IMG/VR virus record: IMGVR_UViG_3300030330_006573
Span: 64,001 to 128,000 of that record
DNA: 64,000 nt
From: a virus
Taxonomy: Duplodnaviria; Caudoviricetes
Direction: 5' to 3' (one strand)
The notes beneath the pieces are model-generated. The model made no database searches, had not been told where the DNA came from, and worked only from the letters and a program-made list of their open reading frames with translations. A program made the position numbers and the translations under genes. The stretch's first letter is position 1. Each line of letters starts with the position of its first letter. Of this stretch, positions 30,963 to 41,041 are shown piece by piece.

Positions 30963-31527
30963 AATGAATTATTCAGATTATATATCTCTACAAAAAGAAA
31001 AGACTTGTGATCCTAGGAGAAGAAAAAAATGGCTAAATGAGGAATGGGAGCTAAAACTTTTTGGCTTTAATAAAATTTTTAAAAATAATTTAGACTACAT
31101 AGGTAAAAAATGCTTGTGCATAGGAGCTAGAACAGGCCAAGAAGTTCAAGCCTTATTAGATTTAGGAAAAGACGCTATAGGAATTGACATAGTTAAATGT
31201 GAACCTTTAGTTATCGAAGGAGACTTTCATGATTTGAGTTTCGAAGATTCTTCTTTTGATTTTGTTTTTTCAAATGTAGTTGACCATGCACTATATCCTG
31301 ATAAATTTTTTTCTGAAGCAAATAGAGTCTTAAAAAATAAAGGGTTTTCACTTTATCACCTTCAAGTAAAAAAACCTAATGATAAGTACGGAGTTTTTGA
31401 TATTAATGATGTCAATGATGATGTATTAAAATATAATGAAAATTCAGAAGTTATTAAACTTTCTGATATTTATTATCCAGAGTTCAATACTTTCAACAAA
31501 GAATTAGTTTTGCAGGTAAATAAATGA
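30955..31527 (+). CDS. SAM-dependent methyltransferase
   Basis: LCIGARTGQEV; AIGIDI; GDFHDLSFEDSSFDFVFSN; EANRVLK. Confidence 0.88.
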   Translation: MSEMNYSDYISLQKEKTCDPRRRKKWLNEEWELKLFGFNKIFKNNLDYIGKKCLCIGARTGQEVQALLDLGKDAIGIDIVKCEPLVIEGDFHDLSFEDSSFDFVFSNVVDHALYPDKFFSEANRVLKNKGFSLYHLQVKKPNDKYGVFDINDVNDDVLKYNENSEVIKLSDIYYPEFNTFNKELVLQVNK

Positions 31528-32492
31528 CAGAGCCTAAAATACTTTTTTTACCTTCTTCTAGCTCTATAAGCACTGGCTCTTATAGAATTTGGATGAAAGA
31601 CTTGAGTCATTATTTATCTCAGATAAAAATCGATTCTAAAATTGGATCTAATTCTGATGTACCTGACCACAATGTAATCATATTAGGCAAAGGTAATTAT
31701 TCTGCATTAAAAAGCATAAAAAAACAAAACAAAAAAGTGGGACTAATAAATCCCGCAGGAGGTAAAAATTACAATGCTGATTTCATAATAGTGGGATCTC
31801 TTGAAGAAAGAGATAGCTTATCAATGAATAAAAATGTAATTTTATTCCCTTTGATCGAAAGACTTTTTCAAAACAAAAAAATAAAAGATCACCAAGATAA
31901 AAAAATTTTAAGACTATGCTTTCATGGTCATTACCCTCACTTATCTAAATTTGAACCTTTTTTAAAATCAGCATTAAACGAATTTTCCAAAGAGCAAGAA
32001 ATTGAACTTTTAGCAATACATGGGAACCCTAACTTTAGATGGCGACATGGAAAGCCTGATATAAAAGTTATATTTAAGAGGTGGGATATTAAAACTATCT
32101 ATGAAGATATATCTTCTTGCGATATAGGTCTCTGCCCTAATGCCACAAGTCTCCCAAGAAATATTTTACAAACATCTACAGATCTAGGTCTTTATGACAC
32201 AGATTATTCAATTCGATTTAAAAACAAATCTAATGCAGGAAGAGCTTTTGTGTTTCATCAATTAGGTATACCTGTTATCGCAGATTTAACCCCAAGTCAT
32301 TTCCATATATTGGGCAATCCCGATTGTGGGCATATTGCCATGTCTAAAGATGGCTGGTTAAATGCATTAAGAGAATTAACCTGTAAGGATCATAGGAATT
32401 TTATCGCAACTAATGCAAAAAAAGAATTTGACAAACTTTACAACCCATTAGATTGGACTCAAAAATTTTACAATAAAATATTAGAACTATGA
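31524..32492 (+). CDS. Putative glycosyltransferase (GT-B fold)
   Basis: DIGLCP; KNKSN; LGIPVIA; cluster context. Confidence 0.65.
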   Translation: MTEPKILFLPSSSSISTGSYRIWMKDLSHYLSQIKIDSKIGSNSDVPDHNVIILGKGNYSALKSIKKQNKKVGLINPAGGKNYNADFIIVGSLEERDSLSMNKNVILFPLIERLFQNKKIKDHQDKKILRLCFHGHYPHLSKFEPFLKSALNEFSKEQEIELLAIHGNPNFRWRHGKPDIKVIFKRWDIKTIYEDISSCDIGLCPNATSLPRNILQTSTDLGLYDTDYSIRFKNKSNAGRAFVFHQLGIPVIADLTPSHFHILGNPDCGHIAMSKDGWLNALRELTCKDHRNFIATNAKKEFDKLYNPLDWTQKFYNKILEL

Positions 32493-33226
32493 GCAAAGGA
32501 ATTTTATATATAGCTTTTAATGAAGCTTACATTAAAGAAGCGATTCTTTCAGCTGAATCTTTAAAAAGATTCATGCCTGAAATGCCCGTTGCATTAATAA
32601 CCAATCAAGAACTTTCTAACCCATTCATAGATCAAGTTATAATAAAAAAGATAAAACATGCAAGAAGTAAAGTCGATCTTGTTTCAGAAACTCCTTTTGA
32701 AAAGACTATTTACCTAGATTCAGACACATTGATAGTTAGAGATATTTCAGATATGTTCGAAGTTTTAGATAGATTTGATGTTGCATTTACTCATGACTAT
32801 GCAAGAAAAAGAAAAAAATACTCAAATGTAATACCTGAATACAGCGAAATTCCTTATTCTTTCTCTGAAGTGAATGGGGGAATTATGGCCTATAACAATT
32901 CCCAAAGAACTGTTGATTTCTTAGAATTATGGAAAAAATATTTTTATAAATATTACAATCAAACAAGCGGCTGGGATCAAGTCAGCTTAAGAATATCTTT
33001 GTGGAAAAGTGAAGCTCTTATACATTACTTTCCTTTTGAATATAATATAAGAAGTAAGGCTAACAGAGAAAAACAAGACAGATTTAAACGTCAATTCGGA
33101 GAACAGCATATGGCTCCAAGAATTTATCACATGCATCACAACCCAGATGTTTATAGAGGCAAATTTACAGTAAACAATTTGGAAGAACTCGAAAAAAGCT
33201 TAAAAGAACAAGCTGTTTGGTATTAA
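32489..33226 (+). CDS. GT8/GT77-like glycosyltransferase
   Basis: TIYLDSDT; VNGGIMAY; WDQVSLR; EYN. Confidence 0.8.
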   Translation: MSKGILYIAFNEAYIKEAILSAESLKRFMPEMPVALITNQELSNPFIDQVIIKKIKHARSKVDLVSETPFEKTIYLDSDTLIVRDISDMFEVLDRFDVAFTHDYARKRKKYSNVIPEYSEIPYSFSEVNGGIMAYNNSQRTVDFLELWKKYFYKYYNQTSGWDQVSLRISLWKSEALIHYFPFEYNIRSKANREKQDRFKRQFGEQHMAPRIYHMHHNPDVYRGKFTVNNLEELEKSLKEQAVWY

Positions 33227-33240
33227 AATGTAGTTCAGCG

Positions 33241-33978
33241 ATGAACGCTTATTTAGATAAAGATTTTTTAGATTATATTTCGAACAAGAAAGTGGCTCTT
33301 ATTGGCCCAGCTTCTTACTTATTAGATGATAAAATGGGAAGCTTGATTGATTCTTATGATATAGTTGTCAGGGTCGGCAGAAGCATTGAAATACTCGATA
33401 ATCATCCTGAAAACCTAGGGTTAAAAACAAATATATTATATAATTCTTGCATAGAAGACCCAAATCAGGGCGGAGATTTAAATATCGATTTATTTAAGTC
33501 TCATGGTGTAGAATGGATTTGCACAATACCCGCCTCTAGCTATAACGGGCACTGCGAAAGCAATAATCTTCCCGAAACCGTCAATCCATATTCCATAAAA
33601 AAAATTAAACAAAATTTTAATTTTCATTTAACTGATTGGAGAATTTGTGCGGAAGTAAATCGCAAACTTAAATGCAGAGGAAATACAGGTTTTGTCGCTA
33701 TTTTCGACTTGTTATATCATCAAGTCAGGGAGTTATTTATTTGTGGATATAGCTTCTATCTTGATCCCTATATCAAGGGCTACAAAAAAGGCTGCAGTAA
33801 AATAGAAGCTGATAATGTTAGGCGAACAACCTCAACCAGACATATCCAGGCAAATCATTGGCAATGCTTGAAAGAAGAGGTTGACAAAAATTCACATATT
33901 AAGGTAGATCCCTTTTTAAAAAAAATATTAGATATGGAATCATATTCGCTTAATAATTTTGCAAAACTTAGCATTTAA
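33241..33978 (+). CDS. Second GT29 (sialyltransferase)-like protein
   Basis: KKVALIGPA...GSLIDSYDIVVRVG; NTGFVAI...ICGYSFY; HIQANH; probable start ATG 33241. Confidence 0.7.
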   Translation: MNAYLDKDFLDYISNKKVALIGPASYLLDDKMGSLIDSYDIVVRVGRSIEILDNHPENLGLKTNILYNSCIEDPNQGGDLNIDLFKSHGVEWICTIPASSYNGHCESNNLPETVNPYSIKKIKQNFNFHLTDWRICAEVNRKLKCRGNTGFVAIFDLLYHQVRELFICGYSFYLDPYIKGYKKGCSKIEADNVRRTTSTRHIQANHWQCLKEEVDKNSHIKVDPFLKKILDMESYSLNNFAKLSI

Positions 33979-33990
33979 GTAATAGTATTT

Positions 33991-34917
33991 ATGAGTAAAA
34001 TATTAATTACAGGCGGTTGTGGATTCATAGGCACATCAACAGCTAATTTATTAAGGTCTGCTGGTCACGACGTCGAACTTTTGGATCTTGAGGAAAAATT
34101 TAATACAGATCATACTACTTACACAAAGCATTCAGTCGATATAAGAAATGCTGATAATTTCAAACTGTTAAATAAAAAAAAATTTGATTTCATTTTCCAC
34201 TTTGCAGCGCAAACATCAGGAGCTATATCCCAGGAAGAGCCCGAAAGAGATGCTGACATTAATGTTAAGGGCATTTTAAATGTTTGCAATTTCGCCAGAA
34301 CTTGCAAGGCTCAAAAAATAATATTCTCATCCTCTATGGCTGTATATGGAAATAAAATTGGCAAAATAAGTGAAGATGATAGCACTCTCCCAGTTTCAAA
34401 CTATGGAGCTTCCAAACTTTCTGGAGAAATATTCGTAAAGATGTTTAAGCAATTCGGTATTGATTATTCAATTTTTAGACTTTTTAATGTATATGGCCCT
34501 GGGCAGGACTTTAAAAATCTACGCCAGGGAATGGCAAGTATATTTATGGCACAATCCATCACTGGTAGCCAAATAAAAGTTACAGGATCTCTTGATAGAT
34601 ATCGAGATTTTGTTTACATTAGTGATGTTTCTGAAGCCTTAATTCTTGGCTTAGATCGTCGTACTGATTCCATGATATTAAATGTGGGTTCTGGAAAGAA
34701 AACCACAGTCAAAGAATTAATAGACATTATACTCAATACAAACGATGCAGAAAAAGATAGATTCTCTATAATTAATACGGGTGGACACGAAGGTGATCAG
34801 TTTGGGTCTCTTTCTGACATCTCTAAGATTTCTGAAATTGGATGGTCGCCTAAAATTTCACTAGAAAAAGGTATATCATTAATGTATAATAAAGCAAAGG
34901 CAGATCTTGCATCGTGA
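33991..34917 (+). CDS. NAD-dependent nucleotide-sugar epimerase/dehydratase
   Basis: ITGGCGFIG; SSSMAVYG; YGASK; FNVYGPGQ. Confidence 0.92.
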   Translation: MSKILITGGCGFIGTSTANLLRSAGHDVELLDLEEKFNTDHTTYTKHSVDIRNADNFKLLNKKKFDFIFHFAAQTSGAISQEEPERDADINVKGILNVCNFARTCKAQKIIFSSSMAVYGNKIGKISEDDSTLPVSNYGASKLSGEIFVKMFKQFGIDYSIFRLFNVYGPGQDFKNLRQGMASIFMAQSITGSQIKVTGSLDRYRDFVYISDVSEALILGLDRRTDSMILNVGSGKKTTVKELIDIILNTNDAEKDRFSIINTGGHEGDQFGSLSDISKISEIGWSPKISLEKGISLMYNKAKADLAS

Positions 34918-35624
34918 ATATAGTATCATTAATAACTGGCAGGGGCAACAACACCCTAAAAGATAAAAACATCTTGCCCGTTCTGAGCAAAGAATTATTA
35001 ACTTATCCCGCTCATTCAGCTAAAAGTGTGGATTTGATTAATCATTTTTATGCCAGCAGCGATGACGACAACATTCTTAATGTAGCCTCTTCTGTAGGTT
35101 ATAAAAAAATTAAACGCCCTCCAGAGTTGAGTACCCCTACATCTCAGCACATTGATGCTATTTTCCATGCTGTAAAATTTATAAAAGAAAAGGATAATAT
35201 AGATCCAGACATTTTAATTGTGCATCTTGCTAATTCCGTGACCGTCAAGCCTCAGTGGATCGAACAAGCAATTAAGGATATCATTTCCGACCCAAGTATC
35301 TCTTCTGTTGTTCCTGTGTACCAAGAACAAAGCCATCACCCCTATAGAGCCAAGACAACAAACAAAGACGGCTTCCTGGAAACTTTTTTTAATTTTACCG
35401 ATACCGAAGTGTCAACTAACCGTCAAGATTTAACCTCTTGCTATTTTTTATGTCATAATTTTTGGGTATTAAATATGAAAAATTCTCTGTTTTCCGAAGG
35501 CGGTCAAAAGCCTTGGGTTTTTTTAGGCAATAAGATTAAGCCGATTGTTGTAGATGAATGCTTTGATGTTCATTGCATTGAAGATTTAAAAAGATGCGAA
35601 GAATGGATTCTTAAAAATAATTAA
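34914..35624 (+). CDS. Acylneuraminate/ulosonate cytidylyltransferase (NeuA/KdsB family)
   Basis: LITGRGNNTLKDKNI; ASSDD; IKRPPELS; FDVHCIEDL. Confidence 0.85.
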   Translation: MNIVSLITGRGNNTLKDKNILPVLSKELLTYPAHSAKSVDLINHFYASSDDDNILNVASSVGYKKIKRPPELSTPTSQHIDAIFHAVKFIKEKDNIDPDILIVHLANSVTVKPQWIEQAIKDIISDPSISSVVPVYQEQSHHPYRAKTTNKDGFLETFFNFTDTEVSTNRQDLTSCYFLCHNFWVLNMKNSLFSEGGQKPWVFLGNKIKPIVVDECFDVHCIEDLKRCEEWILKNN

Positions 35625-35629
35625 AATTC

Positions 35630-36697
35630 ATGGAAGACACTCAAGAAACACTTAAATTGGAGACCCTAGATTGCACCTTGAGAGATGGGGGATATATTAA
35701 CAATTGGGAATTTTCTGACGAAGAAGTTTTATCGTGCTACCAGGCGGTGTCTTTATCTGGTATAGATTATTTTGAAATAGGTTTTAAATCTAAAAAAGAA
35801 TCTGGCCCTAAAAAAGGTAGTTGGTGGCATTCTACAGATCAAGACATAAATAGAATTTATAATAAATATCAAAACTCAAAAAGATGCAAGATTGCTGCTA
35901 TGATCTATTCTGAATATGACACTCTTGATTCTTTTTTACCTAAAACTAGTTCCAAAATAGATCTAGTCAGAATACTAGTTGGGCATAATAACCCTCTTCA
36001 ACTTAAGAGTGTTGACCACAAGCAAGCCCAAAAATGCAAAGAGTTATCGCAGGGCTTACTAGACCTAGGTTATGAAGTCGCTGTTAATCTTGCTTGCATA
36101 GATAAAATTCATAAATCTAAGTTGGATATTTTTTTCGAGGAACTTAGCGACATTCCATTGAAATGTATTTATATAGCTGATACATATGGAGCTATAGACG
36201 AGATCTCTGTTTTGGAACATATTGATCGAGTTTCAGAATATGGATTCAAAGTAGGGGTTCATACTCACAACAATCAAAACGATGCCCTATCAAAAACAAA
36301 AGTAGCTTTAAATTGTCCGAATGTCTCTATAGTGGACGGCTGTATTGGGGGTCTTGGTCGAGGAGCAGGTAATTGCAATAGTGAATTATTGGTTTTATAT
36401 TTGTCTAAAACATCGCCAAATAAATATAATGCAGATCCCCTAATAATACATTATGATAAATATATTAGAAGCTCTAGCGAATACCTGGCAAATAAATTAT
36501 GCTACAGCTATCACCCTCTGTATGCTTATGCCGCCCACTTTGGCATTCATCCTAATTTTGCTGACGAGCTAATAAGAGCTTCGAGCATCCATATACCCGA
36601 AAAGCTCGACTTATTACGTAATATAGACCATCATTGCCGCTCTACGAATAAATATTCTTACGACAAAAATTTAATTACTCAGTTGTCGAATGAATAA
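35630..36697 (+). CDS. DRE-TIM metalloaldolase (HMGL-like / 4-hydroxy-2-oxovalerate aldolase family)
   Basis: LDCTLRDGGY; IADTYG; GVHTHNN; GLGRGAGN. Confidence 0.88.
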   Translation: MEDTQETLKLETLDCTLRDGGYINNWEFSDEEVLSCYQAVSLSGIDYFEIGFKSKKESGPKKGSWWHSTDQDINRIYNKYQNSKRCKIAAMIYSEYDTLDSFLPKTSSKIDLVRILVGHNNPLQLKSVDHKQAQKCKELSQGLLDLGYEVAVNLACIDKIHKSKLDIFFEELSDIPLKCIYIADTYGAIDEISVLEHIDRVSEYGFKVGVHTHNNQNDALSKTKVALNCPNVSIVDGCIGGLGRGAGNCNSELLVLYLSKTSPNKYNADPLIIHYDKYIRSSSEYLANKLCYSYHPLYAYAAHFGIHPNFADELIRASSIHIPEKLDLLRNIDHHCRSTNKYSYDKNLITQLSNE

Positions 36698-37799
36698 CAT
36701 AGAAGACTTTTATTCCGATTACGGAAATCCTCCTGAATTTTTAACCTCACAATACAAAAAGTTTCTTGAGGGAAATGCATTTAAAACCCCCAAAGGGGTT
36801 CAACGTTATGCTGAAGCAAATATTCCCTTTGAAATAAAAGAAGAGTGGGTCTCAGATATAAAACTTAATATTCTTATGGCTCACTTTAAGCCATTCAAAA
36901 ATGAACTTGATGCTCTTGATTACCCTGTTTTTTTATCTAAAATATGGCCCAATTCAAATATCCATTTAACTTACGATAAATCTCCAAAAATCTATCCTCC
37001 TTCATTTACAATCAAGGATGGTAAAATAAAGCAGATAGACAAGCTTCTACCTTCGTATGATATTATCATTGGCAGATCAGGAGTTCTTTCTGTCATGGCC
37101 AATCGACCAGAAACTTCAAAAATTCCCAGCAGATCAAAGTTTAAAGTTCAAATGAGAAGCATGGGCTATCATCGCAACACAATAGGCTATGATCTTATTT
37201 TCAAAGACGAGTATGTTAGTCCACCGCCCTCTCCAGTTTATAGAAACAATGCTCTTCAGGTTCTTAATAGCACAAAAAAAAGAAAAGTTATTTTATTTGC
37301 TGGATCTCTATCTGGATGGAAAAATCAACAATCTTTTATTGAGATGCTTGACCCTGACTTATGCAAAGACTTTTCTTTTTTATTTTTAGGCAAAGGGCCG
37401 AAAGCTCGCGCGGTATCTCAACGCTGCAAAGAAAAAGGATTTCGGCACTATATGGGATGGGCAAATCACGCATACATGCCCTTTTTTACATCCATATCCC
37501 GCCTTAATGTAAACAATACAGACTCTCGTGCTTGGGGTCAGCCTTATGACCCTAACCCTAGAGTATTAGGAGAAGCAGCAGTGTCCAATACCCACTCTAT
37601 TTGCTCTAAATTGACTCTTTTTAATAATGATTTAAATAATTATGTTACTTCTTACGACCACGAGTGCACCTCCAGTCTTAATAGAGTCTTCGATCAATCT
37701 CTTCGGATTGATTGTTCAATTTATAATAAAGAATTTAAGACTCTTGAAGAAAAATGTTATGAGATTACTCAGGCTATTTTAACTCACTTTTTCAAATAA
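36690..37799 (+). CDS. Putative glycosyltransferase (GT-B fold)
   Basis: ILFAGSLSGWKNQ; FLGKG; DPNPRVLGEA. Confidence 0.6.
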   Translation: MNNIEDFYSDYGNPPEFLTSQYKKFLEGNAFKTPKGVQRYAEANIPFEIKEEWVSDIKLNILMAHFKPFKNELDALDYPVFLSKIWPNSNIHLTYDKSPKIYPPSFTIKDGKIKQIDKLLPSYDIIIGRSGVLSVMANRPETSKIPSRSKFKVQMRSMGYHRNTIGYDLIFKDEYVSPPPSPVYRNNALQVLNSTKKRKVILFAGSLSGWKNQQSFIEMLDPDLCKDFSFLFLGKGPKARAVSQRCKEKGFRHYMGWANHAYMPFFTSISRLNVNNTDSRAWGQPYDPNPRVLGEAAVSNTHSICSKLTLFNNDLNNYVTSYDHECTSSLNRVFDQSLRIDCSIYNKEFKTLEEKCYEITQAILTHFFK

Positions 37800-37824
37800 A
37801 ATAAAAATGTAAACGAAATTTAAA

Positions 37825-38811
37825 ATGCATATAATAAGCGATAAAGACCTTTATGAACAGTACTATTTCTCCAAGTCGCTAATTTTGGACGATAAAAATT
37901 ATAGAAAAATAAGAAATGACAATTTTAAGCCAGACAAGTATATCGGGCTACTAAATAAGGAAGGCACCGAGTTTACCCCTTTAGTTTGCAAGAATAATAT
38001 GGTGTCATTTTACGGGGGGTTTTTTTATAATGAACCTAATTATATTTATCCCAAGACAGTAAACGAAGTCTTGAATTACCTTTTGAAAAAAAAATATAAT
38101 TTTAGACTTCTAAATTTAGAAAAAGATATTTTTAATGAATTAAATTATGACTTAAGAAAGTATGACGTACCTTACAAACAAAACTGGAGCATAAACTCCA
38201 TAAAAAATTTTGACGAAAACGCTCATTTCTTAAAATTAAAAAAATTAAACAAAAAAAAATCAGATAGATTTAGGAGAGCTATAATAAAACAAGATCAATA
38301 TTGCATAGAAAGACTTTTGCCGTCGAACAAAAAGAAAATTAAATACCTAGTAGATTTAATAAGCAAATCTTTTAAAAAGAGGGGCTTGCCTCGCTATGAG
38401 TGGCTCGATAACAAATTATTATTTGAAATATTAGATTTTTTTCACAAACAAAACAATTTATACTTTTTCACAATGCACCACTCCAAACAAAAAGATGTGG
38501 GCTGGTTTTGCTTTGTCAAAAACAACAATTGCATGCAAAATATCTTATTCAATGTAATAAACAGGATCTATGAGAACGACGTTTTCATTTTGTTTATAAA
38601 AATGTTGGGAGTTCTAAGAAAATCTGATGCAGAACGTTTCGACTTCATGAGCGGCAATTTTGGATACAAAGATATTTGCGGCTGTACTTATAAGCCTTTA
38701 TTTGCACTAGTAAATGACCCAAAGTGGAAAAATGAATACAATAAAGATGTAGAAAAAAAACATATTCTTTCCAAAATAAATAGAGACTACGGATGCTTCG
38801 CCCAAAAATAA
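37825..38811 (+). CDS. GNAT-family acyltransferase-like protein
   Basis: C-terminal RFDFMSGNFGYK resembles Acetyltransf_6/FemAB-like GNATs. Confidence 0.5.
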   Translation: MHIISDKDLYEQYYFSKSLILDDKNYRKIRNDNFKPDKYIGLLNKEGTEFTPLVCKNNMVSFYGGFFYNEPNYIYPKTVNEVLNYLLKKKYNFRLLNLEKDIFNELNYDLRKYDVPYKQNWSINSIKNFDENAHFLKLKKLNKKKSDRFRRAIIKQDQYCIERLLPSNKKKIKYLVDLISKSFKKRGLPRYEWLDNKLLFEILDFFHKQNNLYFFTMHHSKQKDVGWFCFVKNNNCMQNILFNVINRIYENDVFILFIKMLGVLRKSDAERFDFMSGNFGYKDICGCTYKPLFALVNDPKWKNEYNKDVEKKHILSKINRDYGCFAQK

Positions 38812-39440
38812 AAAAAGATCTTATAATTTTTGTTGCCCATATTGACGATGTCGAATGTGCGGCATACGGCTATTTATTTAAACATTGCAATGAATACGAT
38901 AAGATAAAAATTATTACAGCAACAACATGGAGTGAAAAAGAGCCTGTATGGGAAGAAAATATAAGTAATTTACCTATTGAAATTAATTCTAAATTAGTGG
39001 ATATTAATCTAGGATTTGAACAAAGAACTTTATTTAATAATTTAGACAAGGTCAAAGATTGTTTTTACAAAACTATTGATTTTAACAAAAGATTCGATCT
39101 TCTTACTCATGATCACGATGATTCACACACAGACCATGTCGCATTGAGCTTTATATGCAAGGGTATGTATAAATACTGTAGTCGTTATGTTACTTTATAC
39201 TCTCCATCTAGTGTTAATTTTCAAAGTAATTACTATATAGGTATTGATGGCGATCTTTATGATCTTAAAAAGAAAGCTTTAGATAGATATGACATCAATA
39301 AAGATCAGTCTTATACAAAATGGGGATATTACCTACAAAGCGAAGAGCATTACAATATAGGACGAGCTCATGTTTTAGAAAATTTTGCCTTTGACGACTA
39401 TCAAACATATGAAATATACAAAATAATGAAGTGGTTATGA
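38793..39440 (+). CDS. PIG-L/LmbE family deacetylase
   Basis: AHIDDVE and DSHTDH metal-binding motifs. Confidence 0.85.
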   Translation: MLRPKIKKDLIIFVAHIDDVECAAYGYLFKHCNEYDKIKIITATTWSEKEPVWEENISNLPIEINSKLVDINLGFEQRTLFNNLDKVKDCFYKTIDFNKRFDLLTHDHDDSHTDHVALSFICKGMYKYCSRYVTLYSPSSVNFQSNYYIGIDGDLYDLKKKALDRYDINKDQSYTKWGYYLQSEEHYNIGRAHVLENFAFDDYQTYEIYKIMKWL

Positions 39441-39480
39441 GAGAGTTAGATATATTAATGATTGATCGCCCCCAAAAATC

Positions 39481-40059
39481 TTGAAAGCAACAATCCATCA
39501 ACCCGAACACTTTCCATACATGGGGTTTTTTCAAAAAATTTCCCAAGCGGATATATTTGTGGTATTAGACAATGTTAATTATAGAAAAAATTATTTTCAA
39601 AATCGCAATAAAATAAAATTAAAAGATGGTAGAGATGACTGGATTACCGTTCCAGTTGAAAAAAAGGCTACTTCTAAACATATTAATTGTATTAGGGTGT
39701 CTCCAGATACTCAATGGAGAATCAAGCTATTGAATAAAATTAGGCAAAATTTAGACATTGACATGCAAGAAGTATATTCCCATTCTAAGCTAATTGACAT
39801 TAATATGGACAGCATTCGTTGGGCTATGAGGCAAATGGGTATTGAAAGAGATATGGTTTTTGCGAGCACATTGGGTGTCAAGGGCAGCAAATCCCAGCTA
39901 CTAGCAAACATCCTCAGAAAAATTGGTGCTACAAAATATATAAGTGGGCCATCAGGCAAGGACTATTTAGATATGAATTACTTCAATGGAATAGAGGTTG
40001 ATTTTTTTGAACCTCATGTGCAAAACTACTATTCTTGCTTATACAATTTAAAAACTTAA
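39481..40059 (+). CDS. WbqC-like protein
   Basis: IHQPEHFPYMGFFQKI; FQNRNKI; ITVPV; YISGPSGKDYL. Confidence 0.9.
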   Translation: MKATIHQPEHFPYMGFFQKISQADIFVVLDNVNYRKNYFQNRNKIKLKDGRDDWITVPVEKKATSKHINCIRVSPDTQWRIKLLNKIRQNLDIDMQEVYSHSKLIDINMDSIRWAMRQMGIERDMVFASTLGVKGSKSQLLANILRKIGATKYISGPSGKDYLDMNYFNGIEVDFFEPHVQNYYSCLYNLKT

Positions 40060-40099
40060 TAAATAGATAGAAATTTATTGATAAAAAATTACAATAACT

Positions 40100-41041
40100 A
40101 TGAAATATACAGTAACAGGCGGAGCAGGCTTCATTGGAAGTAATCTAGTAGATCAATTGATTAATGACGGACATGAAGTTGTGGTCATTGATTCTTTAGT
40201 TACAGGAAAAAAAGAAAACATAAACCCAAAAGCTGAATTTGTTCAAGCTGACATAAATGCTTGCAGGCAGGGAACTGTCGCATTATCTGCATACACAGAA
40301 AGGGTAGAGCAATCTATTAAAGGTAGCGATGCTATCTTTCATTTAGCAGCCCTTGCTAGGGTACAGCCATCAATAGAAGATCCAGTTACTTTCAATGATA
40401 CAAATGTTAATGGCACATTAAATATGTTAGTCATGGCCCAGAAGCTTGGAATAAAGCGTTTTGTTTATAGTGCATCTTCTTCTGCCTATGGTAATGCTAA
40501 AATCTTTCCAACTCCAGAAACTCATCCGACAAACCCATTAAGTCCATATGGCTTACAAAAGTTAATTGGAGAACAATACTGTAAAGTTTTCTCTATTTGC
40601 TATGGACTAGAAACAGTTTGCCTTAGATATTTCAATGTATTTGGAGAGCGTCAATCGCTAGAAGGTGCATACTGCTTAGTGATGGGAATCTTTGCCAATC
40701 AAAGGTTAAAAGGTGAGCCTATGACAATTGTTGGAGATGGTGAACAAAGAAGAGATTTTACATATGTTGGCGATGTTGTAAGGGCAAATATTTCAGCATC
40801 TCAATCAGATAAAGTCGGATATGGAGAAGTTATAAATATTGGTAATGGTGATAATCGTTCCGTAAATGATCTTGCAGATTTAATAGGTGGCCCAAGGGTT
40901 AATATTGAATCTCGACTCGAACCGAAACAAACACTTGCTGACAACTCTAAGGCTAAGGAATTATTAAACTGGAGTCCTTCAGTAACTTTAGAAGAGTGGA
41001 TTCCGAAGTACAAGCAAGAACTTGGATTAAAAGATGAGTAA
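40100..41041 (+). CDS. NAD-dependent epimerase (UDP-hexose/HexNAc 4-epimerase-like)
   Basis: VTGGAGFIGS; SASSSAYG; PYGLQK; LRYFNVFG; GDGEQRRDF. Confidence 0.92.
   Translation: MKYTVTGGAGFIGSNLVDQLINDGHEVVVIDSLVTGKKENINPKAEFVQADINACRQGTVALSAYTERVEQSIKGSDAIFHLAALARVQPSIEDPVTFNDTNVNGTLNMLVMAQKLGIKRFVYSASSSAYGNAKIFPTPETHPTNPLSPYGLQKLIGEQYCKVFSICYGLETVCLRYFNVFGERQSLEGAYCLVMGIFANQRLKGEPMTIVGDGEQRRDFTYVGDVVRANISASQSDKVGYGEVINIGNGDNRSVNDLADLIGGPRVNIESRLEPKQTLADNSKAKELLNWSPSVTLEEWIPKYKQELGLKDE

Noticed and set aside
39467-39484. Programmed -1 frameshift at CCCCCAAAAA into wbqC
   Set aside because: Not a canonical X XXY YYZ site in the upstream frame; WbqC homology begins at the TTG
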